A stretch of 48,805 nucleotides of DNA from an uncultured archaeon (GCA_964537525.1 CAZIAB010000002.1:1-48805), one strand, 5' to 3'; positions 8,004-16,962 are shown, numbered from the stretch's first letter. Program-made: numbers and translations. The notes: generated by a model from the letters alone, not told the origin.

Positions 8004-8076
8004 ATCAGCTTACGGACGCTGTCGCCTGTCATGTTGGTCCAGTCGCAAGCTGATAAGCAACACACAAACTCTTGAG
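8004..8076. repeat. 73-bp intergenic repeat, copy A (58/73 identical, ungapped, to 28737-28809)
   Basis: Position-by-position manual alignment. The core cagtcgcaagctgataagcaacacacaaactcttgag matches 33/37. Confidence 0.85.
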
Positions 8077-8155
8077 GGGATGTTGGTTAGAAAAAAAGCG
8101 TTCACGAAAAAACCCATCCTGGACAAATATATAAATTACGAAACCAAATATCATC

Positions 8156-9418
8156 GTGAAGCGCATTTTGAGCAAACAGAGGAATTTCAGGAGCCTGACT
8201 GTTACGTTAGCCGTTGCCTTTCTTGCGCTGGGTGCGGTGGTCATTCTCATTTCCAGCACCCTGAACATACATTTTACACTGCAGACCCAGCAGGAAGTCA
8301 TCGCAGAGCAGCAGCAGCTCATAGCAGGCGATGCCGCCGATACGGTCAGGGATTTCATTCAGGATAAGTTCGGCATGATGGACGCTGCAGTGAGCATCGG
8401 TAACATCGTGGCCGCAGACCATGAAAAGCAGGAATCTGTTCTGGAAACCCTCATCGGTCTCGACCCCTCCTTCCGCCAGGCTTTCCTGCTGAACGAGAAT
8501 AAGCAGGAGCTGGCAAGGGCATCACGGATATCTCATGTTTCAGGTACTCTCATAGACCATGAAAGCGATGAGCTCTTTTCCCAGGCAGGGCAGGGAGAAA
8601 GGGGAATCAGCTCCATATACATCGACGAGATAACGGGCGAGCCAATGATTATGATGGCGGTCCCTGTAACAGACATCTTTGGCGATTTCAGGGGAACCCT
8701 GATGGCAGAGGTGAACCTGAAGTTCATGTGGGACATGATATACAACATGAAGATTGGAAAGACCGGCCTTGCCTATGTGGTTGACAAGCAGGGCAACCTG
8801 ATAGCATTCGGTGACATAAGCCGCGTCCTGAGGGGGGACAACCTCGCCCGCCTGGACGAGGTGGCTGAATTCATAGCAGGGGACGAACTCAATCATGTAA
8901 GCAGCGCTGAGATATCAGAAGGCATACTGGGCAACCTCGTCGTTGCCAACCATGCACACCTTGTCAACCCCGACTGGGCAGTGGTCGTTGAGATGCCGGT
9001 GGAAGAGGCATACGAAACGATATACATAAGCATATGGCTTTCCCTGTTCACTATGCTGATAAGCTTCTTCCTTGCGATAATAGCAGGGCTCTACCTCTCG
9101 AGAAGGATTACCAAGCCCATAATAAGCCTGAGGAACGCCGCCATCAGGATAGGAAAAGGCGAGCTTGATACCAGGATAAAGGTCAGCACAAACAACGAAG
9201 TAGGAGAACTCGCTTCTGCCTTCAACCAGATGACAGAGGAACTCAAGAAATCAAGGAAGAAGATTGAGGATTACAGCAAGGGCCTCGAAAGGAAGGTTGC
9301 AGAGAGGACAAAGAAGCTCAGGGAATCTGAGAAGAGGTACAAGAACCTTTACAGCACTTACATGGAAATCCTTAACAAGGAATTTTATAATAAGAGGAAA
9401 GGAAAGGGAAAATCCTAG
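8156..9418 (+). CDS. Kinase-less sensor paralogue: TM, extracellular Cache-like domain, TM, HAMP and a short coiled coil, with no DHp/ATPase core
   Basis: Collinear with the first ~390 aa of the HK at 13459..15399 (same N-terminus, KFRSLTxTLAVAFLAL, and same HAMP, RRITKPIISLRNAAIRIGKGELD...VGELASAFNQM). It stops after ...SEKRYKNLYSTYMEILNKEF.., before any H-box. GTG start. Confidence 0.7.
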   Translation: MKRILSKQRNFRSLTVTLAVAFLALGAVVILISSTLNIHFTLQTQQEVIAEQQQLIAGDAADTVRDFIQDKFGMMDAAVSIGNIVAADHEKQESVLETLIGLDPSFRQAFLLNENKQELARASRISHVSGTLIDHESDELFSQAGQGERGISSIYIDEITGEPMIMMAVPVTDIFGDFRGTLMAEVNLKFMWDMIYNMKIGKTGLAYVVDKQGNLIAFGDISRVLRGDNLARLDEVAEFIAGDELNHVSSAEISEGILGNLVVANHAHLVNPDWAVVVEMPVEEAYETIYISIWLSLFTMLISFFLAIIAGLYLSRRITKPIISLRNAAIRIGKGELDTRIKVSTNNEVGELASAFNQMTEELKKSRKKIEDYSKGLERKVAERTKKLRESEKRYKNLYSTYMEILNKEFYNKRKGKGKS

Positions 9419-9508
9419 AAACGTTTCCCCGCAGAAACCAGAAATTTAGGATATTTATATACACCCGGAACCAAATATTAAGCAATTGAGTAAAAACATG
9501 CGATTGAA

Positions 9509-10525
9509 ATGAGCCTTTGCAGGAACCTCAAATCAAGGCAGTTGACTCTTATTATAGTTTTGTCATTATCCCTTTGCATCCTCTCCAGCGGCTGCACCCA
9601 GACCCAGCCCGAGCAGAAGGTATACAACGTTGCAATCCTGTCAGGCCTTGATTTCCTTGCCGACACAACAGACGGTTTCAAGGAAGGCATGGAAAATCTG
9701 GGATACGTCGAGGGGGAGAACATAGTCTATGATGTTCAGATAGCCCCTGCTCCAATAGGCAACCAGGAAATAATCCAGAAGTTCGTGGATGACAAGGTTG
9801 ACCTCATCTTCGCCTTCCCCACTGAAGCATCAATGGAGACCAAGGAAGTCGCAGCCGGAACAGGGGTTCCAGTAGTCTTTGCCATCGCTAACATAGAGGA
9901 CACGGGTTTGGTTGATAGCGTCCGCCAGCCAGGGGGCGACATAACCGGCGTCCGCTACCCGGGACCTGACATTGCAATCAAGCGGTTCGAGATAATGCAG
10001 GAACTCGTTCCTGATGCCAAAATAATCTGGATACCCTACCAGCGCGGTTATCCCATTGTGGCCAGCCAGATGGAGGTTCTGCGCCAGCCTGCAGAGGATG
10101 CCGGAATCACGCTGATAGAGTTCCCGGCAGACAATGCGGCAGAGCTCCAGGCCGAGCTGGACAGGAGGGATACATTGGATGATATCGGCATTGATGCCAT
10201 AATGGCTGTGGCCGAACCTCTTTTCGTGACCCCCGATGCCTTTGAGGTAATGGGCAAATTCGCCTATGAACACCAGATTCCAATCGGCGGCGCCATAATG
10301 CTGGTAGGGGGATACGGCTCCATCTTTGGCGTGCACGTCAATGACGTAGAGGTGGGTAAGCAGGCAGCCACGCTTGCTGACAAGATACTGAAAGGGACTC
10401 CTGCCGGAACCATCCCGGTCGTTTCAGCTGAGAATTTCTTTGAGATAAACTACACCGTAGCCGAGAATCTTGGCGTGACGGTTCCTGAAGGCCTGCTCAG
10501 CATGGCAGATGAGGTATTCCGATAA
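9509..10525 (+). CDS. ABC-transporter-type substrate-binding lipoprotein (PF04392-like), paralogue 2
   Basis: Lipobox-like ILSSGC; same family pattern as 5676..6668. Confidence 0.75.
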   Translation: MSLCRNLKSRQLTLIIVLSLSLCILSSGCTQTQPEQKVYNVAILSGLDFLADTTDGFKEGMENLGYVEGENIVYDVQIAPAPIGNQEIIQKFVDDKVDLIFAFPTEASMETKEVAAGTGVPVVFAIANIEDTGLVDSVRQPGGDITGVRYPGPDIAIKRFEIMQELVPDAKIIWIPYQRGYPIVASQMEVLRQPAEDAGITLIEFPADNAAELQAELDRRDTLDDIGIDAIMAVAEPLFVTPDAFEVMGKFAYEHQIPIGGAIMLVGGYGSIFGVHVNDVEVGKQAATLADKILKGTPAGTIPVVSAENFFEINYTVAENLGVTVPEGLLSMADEVFR

Positions 10526-10578
10526 CATATCATTATCAGAAAATAAATGGGGGATGATGGAGATTGCATAAGAAATCC

Positions 10579-11580
10579 ATGGAGAGGCAACTGGCACTTC
10601 TTGCAGTTTTGTCATTATCACTGTGCATATTTTCAAGCGGCTGCACCCAGACCCAGCCCGAGCAGAAGGTATACACCGTCGGGATGCTGAATGGGCTTGG
10701 AGAATTTCTGGAACAAATACCTGTCACGTTCAAGGCCAAGATGACCGAACTAGGATACATAGAAGGTGAGAACATAGTCTATGATGTTCAGAGCACTAAG
10801 TTCGAGCCGGAAAGGGAGCGGCAAATCCTTGAGAAGTTCGTGGAAGACGACGTGGACCTGATTTTCACGTTCCCTACAGAGGTATCCATGGCAGCCAAGG
10901 AAGCTAACGAGGGAACGGATGTCCCGGTCATATTCGCGATTGCCAACATAGAGGGAACCGGGCTTGTTGATAGCGTGAGAGAGCCTGGTGACCACATAAC
11001 AGGCGTCCGCTACCCGGGGCCGGACCTCGCAATCAAGCGGTTCGAGATAATGCAGGAGCTCGTTCCTGATGCCAAGACGATGTGGATACCCTACCAGCGG
11101 GGTTACCCGATTGTAGAGAACCAGATGGAGCTTTTGCGCCCGGCTGCACAGGAAGCAGACATCACGCTGATAGAGTTCCCGGCAGACAATGCGGCAGAGC
11201 TCCAGGCCGAACTCGATAGGCTGACCGCATCAGGGGACATAGGATTTGACGTTATATTGTTCATACCCGAGCCCCTCAGCACGATGCCCGATGCCTTTGA
11301 GGTGATGGGCAGATTCGCTTATGAAAACAACATCCCCATCGGGGGCCTTATGATGCAGGTTGGCGGATACGGCTCAATTTTCGGCATAAACGTCGATATC
11401 CCCAAGACGGCAGAGCAGGCAGCAATCCTTGCCGACAAGATACTGAGGGGAACGCCAGCCGGAACCATACCGGTCGTTTCATCAGAGAGCTATTTTGAAA
11501 TAAACTACACCGTTGCACAGCAATTCGGAATAAACGTCAGCGAGGGCCTGCTGGTAAGGGCAGATGACATCCTCTACTAA
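10579..11580 (+). CDS. ABC-transporter-type substrate-binding lipoprotein (PF04392-like), paralogue 3
   Basis: Lipobox-like IFSSGC. Shares 40- and 50-nt identical tracts with paralogue 2. ATG 10579 preferred over TTG 10564. Confidence 0.75.
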   Translation: MERQLALLAVLSLSLCIFSSGCTQTQPEQKVYTVGMLNGLGEFLEQIPVTFKAKMTELGYIEGENIVYDVQSTKFEPERERQILEKFVEDDVDLIFTFPTEVSMAAKEANEGTDVPVIFAIANIEGTGLVDSVREPGDHITGVRYPGPDLAIKRFEIMQELVPDAKTMWIPYQRGYPIVENQMELLRPAAQEADITLIEFPADNAAELQAELDRLTASGDIGFDVILFIPEPLSTMPDAFEVMGRFAYENNIPIGGLMMQVGGYGSIFGINVDIPKTAEQAAILADKILRGTPAGTIPVVSSESYFEINYTVAQQFGINVSEGLLVRADDILY

Positions 11581-11623
11581 CCTTTTTACTGTTATAAGTT
11601 CTTCGCCAGTTAACCACAAGAAT

Positions 11624-11653
11624 GCCGCATTAATCCAATAGGGTGAATGCGGC
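11624..11653. repeat. Hairpin repeat, family H copy 2 (8-bp stem gccgcatt/aatgcggc; loop aatccaatagggtg)
   Basis: Perfect inverted repeat 43 nt after the SBP3 stop. The stem differs from copies 1 and 3 by a compensatory T:A to C:G change. Confidence 0.8.
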
Positions 11654-11758
11654 TGACTAAATCTGGCAGGCAACACCAACGAATCCTGCTTGCTGACAAA
11701 AGGCTTCATCCAAAAAGAATTAGGCAATGTTTATATTGTTTTTCGTCCAAAAACTATC

Positions 11759-12247
11759 ATGCCAGAAAGGATACCCACTGCCGGAGTCTTATTGTATGTA
11801 GGAAGCAGAGTTCTCCTTGTCAGGCACACGGAATTTGCCAAACTACCTACTGGTTCATACGGCTTTCCTGCAGGAGGGATAGAACCCAACGAATCGTCCG
11901 TTGAAACCGCGGTGCGTGAGCTCTGGGAAGAAACAGGATTTATCACATGGCCAATTTACCTATATAAAATAGTGGAGAAAGAGAACACCATCAAGTTCAA
12001 GGACGGATGGCATGACGGCACCATTGATATATATCTCTGCACAAGATATTCATATCAAAGAAAGTCCAGTAAAGAAACGATAGCCGAACTTATAGAAGTA
12101 GAAGATTTGGATAAATTACCTCTGCTGGTTTCTGACGATGTGATTGAAATCCCCAGAAAATATCAAAACTTCACTCCGCTAGCCTGGACTCTAGGCGTCC
12201 AACCCCTTCAGGATATGGTCGGTCTCCCTCTTAACGTCGACTTCTGA
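11759..12247 (+). CDS. Nudix hydrolase
   Basis: Nudix box GGIEPNESSVETAVRELWEETGF. ATG 11759 sits about 27 nt downstream of the TATA-like tttatattg; the ORF-track start at 11690 is probably too early. Confidence 0.75.
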   Translation: MPERIPTAGVLLYVGSRVLLVRHTEFAKLPTGSYGFPAGGIEPNESSVETAVRELWEETGFITWPIYLYKIVEKENTIKFKDGWHDGTIDIYLCTRYSYQRKSSKETIAELIEVEDLDKLPLLVSDDVIEIPRKYQNFTPLAWTLGVQPLQDMVGLPLNVDF

Positions 12248-13204
12248 GATGCTGTTGACAATCATCTCTATCCTCTCTGTGTAATCATTCCTCTTGACCC
12301 TTCCCTGGAAGATGAACTCCTTCCCTAGGTTGGGGAAGTCATCAAAAATGGCTGCCGCTTCGGACTTCTTCAGGGCAATCTCTCTCAGTTCTTCTGTGCT
12401 CTTCCCGAACATACTCTCTGCCTGCTCCCTGAAGAATGTCGCCCTTATGTTACCTGTGCCATCGTCTATTATCCCTGACATCACCAGGGCATACGAGGGC
12501 TTGACCTCCTTGTGCTCGTCGCAAACCCACTTGCCGTCAGCCTGCTTGACCCTGGAGCTGCATTCAGGGCAGACCTCGAAGAAAGGGTTCCTCGCGAACA
12601 CCTGGACAAGGGCTGCCCTTGCCTCCACGTTCTGCCCCTCCTTCACGTCGGCAAGTTCCTTCCTCTGGACCCTGCTGAAGCCCTCATCCATGACCTCCTT
12701 GTTCGGCATCTCCACGACGGTATCGGCCTTCTGGAGACTCCCCCTGCCGAGCCTCAGCTCAGGGCTGTCCCTGTTGTCAGCCTTTGACCAGCATCCCTGT
12801 ATCCTCACGGTCTCCCCCTCTTTAAGCTTCCCCTCCTTTACGAGGGAGGTCTCGTCGTTCCACAGGGACATCCTGATAATCCCTGTCTCGTCACCAAGGA
12901 GGATATTGATGACGCACCCCTTCTTTCCGTTCCTCTCGAACCCCCTCTCGTCATAAATCCTGACCACCCTGGCGACCAGGTCAATTGACCTCAGACCGGA
13001 AACTATGTTCCTTATCTTGAACTCCCTCCTGCTCTCCTGGATGAGGTTTATTCCCATCTCCCTGGCTACCATGTATGCGGCGCCCTCCTCGGAAACAAGC
13101 CCTGACAATTCGTCCTGCTTCTCAGATATCATCTTCTTTACCTTTGCGGGAGTCTCCCCGCTGGTCTCGCATATCTTCTCCATTATCTTTTCAGTCGAAA
13201 ACAT
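12191..13204 (-). CDS. rpa: Replication protein A (ssDNA-binding, OB folds plus Zn finger)
   Basis: Repeated OB-fold segments and a C-x2-C-x12-C-x2-H finger (CPECSSRVKQADGKWVCDEH). Start uncertain (13204, 13183 or 13243). Confidence 0.75.
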   Translation of the reverse strand: MFSTEKIMEKICETSGETPAKVKKMISEKQDELSGLVSEEGAAYMVAREMGINLIQESRREFKIRNIVSGLRSIDLVARVVRIYDERGFERNGKKGCVINILLGDETGIIRMSLWNDETSLVKEGKLKEGETVRIQGCWSKADNRDSPELRLGRGSLQKADTVVEMPNKEVMDEGFSRVQRKELADVKEGQNVEARAALVQVFARNPFFEVCPECSSRVKQADGKWVCDEHKEVKPSYALVMSGIIDDGTGNIRATFFREQAESMFGKSTEELREIALKKSEAAAIFDDFPNLGKEFIFQGRVKRNDYTERIEMIVNSISEVDVKRETDHILKGLDA

Positions 13205-13458
13205 TCCACACCCACAAACGATATCATGCAAACCATAAAACAAGGCAAGGCCTGCCCTTAATTATGGTGAAAAAGCTTTTTAAAGATGTCGTGGCTTTCG
13301 TCCCAACCAAAACCATTTATATTCGCCCCTAACCAAGATATTAAGAAAAATAAGATGTGCGGTTGAAATGGGCATGGGCAGCAATGTTGGGTCTGGTTAC
13401 GAGATATTTTTGATAATCCCAGAAATCATATAGAGCGTTAAAGAACAAATGGGTGCCA

Positions 13459-15399
13459 ATGAAAATCCCAGGGAACACGAGCAAGTTCAGGAGCCTGACA
13501 TTCACGCTAGCCGTTGCCTTTCTTGCACTGAGTGCCATCATGCTCATGATTTCCAGCAGCATGAACATGTATTTCAGCATACAGACCCAGCAGAGCGTTA
13601 TTGACAGCCAGCAGAAGCTCATTGCAAAGGAGGCCGCGGATTCTGTCCGGGGATTCATCGCAGAAAAATTCAGCGAGCTTGAGGGTGCGGTCAAGCTCTG
13701 CGACATGGGAATCTCAACAAATGAAGAGCAGAAGAAGGTGATGGATAAGCTCCTTGGCATTGAGCACTCATTCCGCCAGATTGCCACACTGGACATGCAG
13801 GGAAATGAGTTGGCTAAGGTTTCCCGCCTGTCAAGCCTGCAGGTAGGATATCTCAATGAAGAGGTCCTGCACGATTTCTTCACCGATGCTGAAAAGGAAA
13901 GGCAAATCAGCCCCATATTCATCGATGAAACAACGAGCGAGCCCCTGATTATAATCTCGGTTCCCATAACTGACATCTTTGGTGATTTGAAGGGGGTTCT
14001 CGTGGCCGACGTCAACCTGAAGTTCATGTGGGACCTTGTTGCAGGCATAAAGGTCGGGGAGAGCGGTACGACCTATGTAGTCGATGGCGATGGCAACCTG
14101 ATAGCATTCAGCGACATCAGCCGGGTCCTGAGAAGGGAGAGCCTGATATACCTGGATGAGGTCAGTGAATTCGCGATGGGGAACGAGAAGGTGCATACGG
14201 ACGAGGCCGAGATATCCATAGGAATCACAGGAAATCAGGTCGTAACTACCCATGCCCATCTCGGCATTCCCGACTGGGCAGTCGTTGTAGAGATGCCCGT
14301 GGAAGAGGCATACAGGGACGTAATCATGGAGCTTACGCTCTCCGTAGCGGTCATTATCATGAGCTTTGTCCTTGCAATTCTTGCAGGATTCTACCTCTCG
14401 AGGAGGATTACGAGACCCATAATAAGCCTGAGGGACGCTGCCATCAAGATAGGAAAGGGGAATCTTGACGCTAAAATAAGGGTGAAGACAAAGAACGAGG
14501 TGGGAGAGCTCGCTTCTGCGTTCAACCAGATGACCGGCGACCTCAAGAAATCAAGGAAGAAGCTGGAGGAATACAGCAGGACTCTCGAGGAGAAGGTAAA
14601 GGAGAGGACAAAGGAGCTGGAAATCAAGGACAAGAAACTCCTGAGCCAGAACGTGGATCTCAAGAGGCTGGACAAGGAGAAGGACGAGTTCATCTCCATA
14701 GCAGCACACGAGCTGAAGACCCCGCTCACCAGCATAAAGGGATTCGCCCAGCTCATGCAGAACGACAAGATAATGGGCGACAAGGAGAAGAGGAAGCACT
14801 ACCTCGAACTGGTAAACGAGAACACGGTAAGGCTCTACAATCTCATCCTCGATTTGGTCGATTCCTCGAGACTCAGCCTGGGGAAGCTCGACCTGGACAT
14901 AACAGAGGTCGATGCCAGCAAGGTATTCAGCGACATCAGGGAGAATATGAGCATCGTGATAAAGGAGAAGGGCATCAAGCCCGTCTTCTCAATGGGGCAG
15001 AACATCCCGAAAATGAGCGCAGACCCCGAGAGGCTGATGCAGATAATAAGGAACCTGATAGTCAATGCCACCCACTTCACCCCCAAGGGAGGGACCATAT
15101 CGCTCAGCGTCATGAAGAAAGGGGATTTCGTGCAGTTCGAGATAAAGGACACTGGCGAGGGCATACCCAAGGAAAAGCAGAAGCACATATTCTCCAGGTT
15201 CTACCAGGCAGACGCCTCACTCACGAGGAAGGTGAAGGGCTCTGGCCTCGGGCTCTCCATATGCCAGGGCCTCGTAGAGCTCATGGGAGGCAAGATATGG
15301 TTCAAGTCAGCGGAGGGGAAGGGAACGACTTTTTATTTCACCCTTCCCATATATAAAGAAGGTGCTAAAATTGGGAAAAAGGATAATGGTAGTGGATGA
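13459..15399 (+). CDS. Sensor histidine kinase (TM, Cache-like, TM, HAMP, DHp, HATPase)
   Basis: H-box SIAAHELKTPL, N-box NLIVNATHFTPKGG, G1 DTGEGIP, G2 GSGLGLSI. ATG 13459 aligns with the start of the paralogue at 8156. Confidence 0.9.
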   Translation: MKIPGNTSKFRSLTFTLAVAFLALSAIMLMISSSMNMYFSIQTQQSVIDSQQKLIAKEAADSVRGFIAEKFSELEGAVKLCDMGISTNEEQKKVMDKLLGIEHSFRQIATLDMQGNELAKVSRLSSLQVGYLNEEVLHDFFTDAEKERQISPIFIDETTSEPLIIISVPITDIFGDLKGVLVADVNLKFMWDLVAGIKVGESGTTYVVDGDGNLIAFSDISRVLRRESLIYLDEVSEFAMGNEKVHTDEAEISIGITGNQVVTTHAHLGIPDWAVVVEMPVEEAYRDVIMELTLSVAVIIMSFVLAILAGFYLSRRITRPIISLRDAAIKIGKGNLDAKIRVKTKNEVGELASAFNQMTGDLKKSRKKLEEYSRTLEEKVKERTKELEIKDKKLLSQNVDLKRLDKEKDEFISIAAHELKTPLTSIKGFAQLMQNDKIMGDKEKRKHYLELVNENTVRLYNLILDLVDSSRLSLGKLDLDITEVDASKVFSDIRENMSIVIKEKGIKPVFSMGQNIPKMSADPERLMQIIRNLIVNATHFTPKGGTISLSVMKKGDFVQFEIKDTGEGIPKEKQKHIFSRFYQADASLTRKVKGSGLGLSICQGLVELMGGKIWFKSAEGKGTTFYFTLPIYKEGAKIGKKDNGSG

Positions 15400-15739
15400 C
15401 GAGCCGGACACGATTGAACTGACCAAGACCGTGCTGGAGATGAGTGGCTTCGAGGTAACGGCCTTCACTGATTCAAAGTCGGCACTGGATTCCCTGAAGA
15501 AGGGTCCCCTGCCCGACCTGATTGCGCTGGACATGAGGATGCCCCATATAAGCGGCCCTGATTTCTGCGAGAAAGTGAGGGCAGACCCGAGGACAAAGGA
15601 CCTGAAGATTGTCTTCTTCACAGCGTCCAGCTTCAGGGAGGATGTGATAGTGAAGAAATACGGGGTCTTGGGATACATCTTCAAGCCCTTCGACAACGAC
15701 CAGCTCGTGAAGGACATAAACAGGTATCTTGGAAAGTAA
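15386..15739 (+). CDS. Stand-alone response-regulator receiver (CheY-like)
   Basis: MVVDDEPD, phospho-acceptor context LIALDMRMP, FFTAS, KP. Overlaps the HK 3' end by 14 nt (GTG 15362 is an alternative start). Confidence 0.85.
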   Translation: MVVDDEPDTIELTKTVLEMSGFEVTAFTDSKSALDSLKKGPLPDLIALDMRMPHISGPDFCEKVRADPRTKDLKIVFFTASSFREDVIVKKYGVLGYIFKPFDNDQLVKDINRYLGK

Positions 15740-15832
15740 TCCCCTTACAGGGAACCAATTACCGGAAAAAAGGATTAACCTTTAAAGCTTTTATACAAAT
15801 TCTCTCTATAATAGCGACAGCAGGTGCAACTT

Positions 15833-16894
15833 ATGGCAAGGAAGGATTCCTATTTGAAGAAGGCGAAGGAAAAGGACAGGATACTGGTCATTACAGTAGA
15901 CAGGGACGATGACATAGGCCACAAGACCACCTTCACCGGCCCCCTTGTGGGAAGGGATTCCCTCCTCAAGGCTGCCATGGAATTAGGGCTCTCTGACCCG
16001 GGAGATTCTGACACCAACGCCATCTTCCAGGCAGTGAGGGTGTATGACGGCATAAAGAAGAAATACAAATCAGAGGTGGCTGCCCTCACCGGGAACCGTT
16101 CGGTAGGGCTTCCTTCTGACAAGGAGATATCAGAGCAGCTCGACAAGGTTCTTTCAAAATTCAGGGCGGATTTCGCCATACTGGTTACTGACGGGAGCGA
16201 GGATGAGCACGTCCTTCCTATAATACAGTCCAGGATCCCGATTCTCTCCGTGGACAGGGTGATAGTGAAGCAGGCCCAGCAACTGGAGTCAGGCTACTAC
16301 AAGCTCAAGGACTTTATAGAGGAGACCATGGAGAACCCCAAGTATTCTAGACTAATCTTTGGCATCCCTGCAATAGCAATACTCATATATTCCGTCTTCG
16401 GAATGGATGGCTGGAGGGTAATACTCGCCGTCCTTGGTATATACCTCTTCATAAAGGGGTTCAGGCTCGACCATTACGTCGTTGCCGGGTTCGAGGAACT
16501 GAGCACCTCCTTCACGAGGAGAAGGTTCGCGTTCTTCTCCTACATAGTCTCCATAGTGCTCACCATACTCGCTACCGTAAGAGGTTACGATGCCGCAGTG
16601 AGCTGGTTCAACATAGGCCTCTTCGAGACAGCCTCTGCCTTCGTCGCATCCTCTGTCTTCTACTATTACCTGGCAGGCGCAATCTCATGGGTAGGGAAGA
16701 GCATAACCACGGATGACAGGTCAGGCAAGAGCATAGTTGCCGTAACGATATTCGGCTTCGCAATCGCCCTGGTGGTCTACAACGCCGCACAGCTGATAAT
16801 AAAGCCAGACCTCTCCCTCTTCAACTTCATCTTCTCCATAGTCTTCGGCTTCGCCCTCATCTTCGCAGCCATACTCCTGGAGTGGAAGCGCTAG
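15833..16894 (+). CDS. DUF373-family archaeal membrane protein
   Basis: N-terminal soluble domain with ILVITVDRDDDIGHKT and C-terminal polytopic TM region. ATG 15833 lies 25 nt after ctctataat. Confidence 0.6.
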   Translation: MARKDSYLKKAKEKDRILVITVDRDDDIGHKTTFTGPLVGRDSLLKAAMELGLSDPGDSDTNAIFQAVRVYDGIKKKYKSEVAALTGNRSVGLPSDKEISEQLDKVLSKFRADFAILVTDGSEDEHVLPIIQSRIPILSVDRVIVKQAQQLESGYYKLKDFIEETMENPKYSRLIFGIPAIAILIYSVFGMDGWRVILAVLGIYLFIKGFRLDHYVVAGFEELSTSFTRRRFAFFSYIVSIVLTILATVRGYDAAVSWFNIGLFETASAFVASSVFYYYLAGAISWVGKSITTDDRSGKSIVAVTIFGFAIALVVYNAAQLIIKPDLSLFNFIFSIVFGFALIFAAILLEWKR

Positions 16895-16902
16895 AACTGA
16901 CC

Positions 16903-16908
16903 TTTTTT
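16903..16908 (+). terminator. T6 run after the DUF373 gene
   Basis: gaccttttttac lies 9 nt after the stop. Confidence 0.35.
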
Positions 16909-16940
16909 ACAACTCACGGAATCGCCATATAACCAAAAGG

Positions 16941-16962
16941 CAGATACCTTTAACGAGTATTA
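16941..16962 (+). repeat. Left direct repeat (cagatacctttaacgagtatta)
   Basis: Matches 19335-19356 at 20/22. A second block of similarity follows (caaaaagc...gcgttcgcggaaaaga versus caaaagc atttgcggaaagga). Confidence 0.75.

Noticed and set aside
8031-8075. 14-codon ORF (MLVQSQADKQHTNS) inside the 73-bp repeat, with an apparently conserved peptide in copy B
   Set aside because: Copy B has no ATG/GTG/TTG in that frame between the upstream stop (28719-28721) and the shared TGA. Conservation is better explained at the nucleotide level. Kept only as a caveat in the finding.
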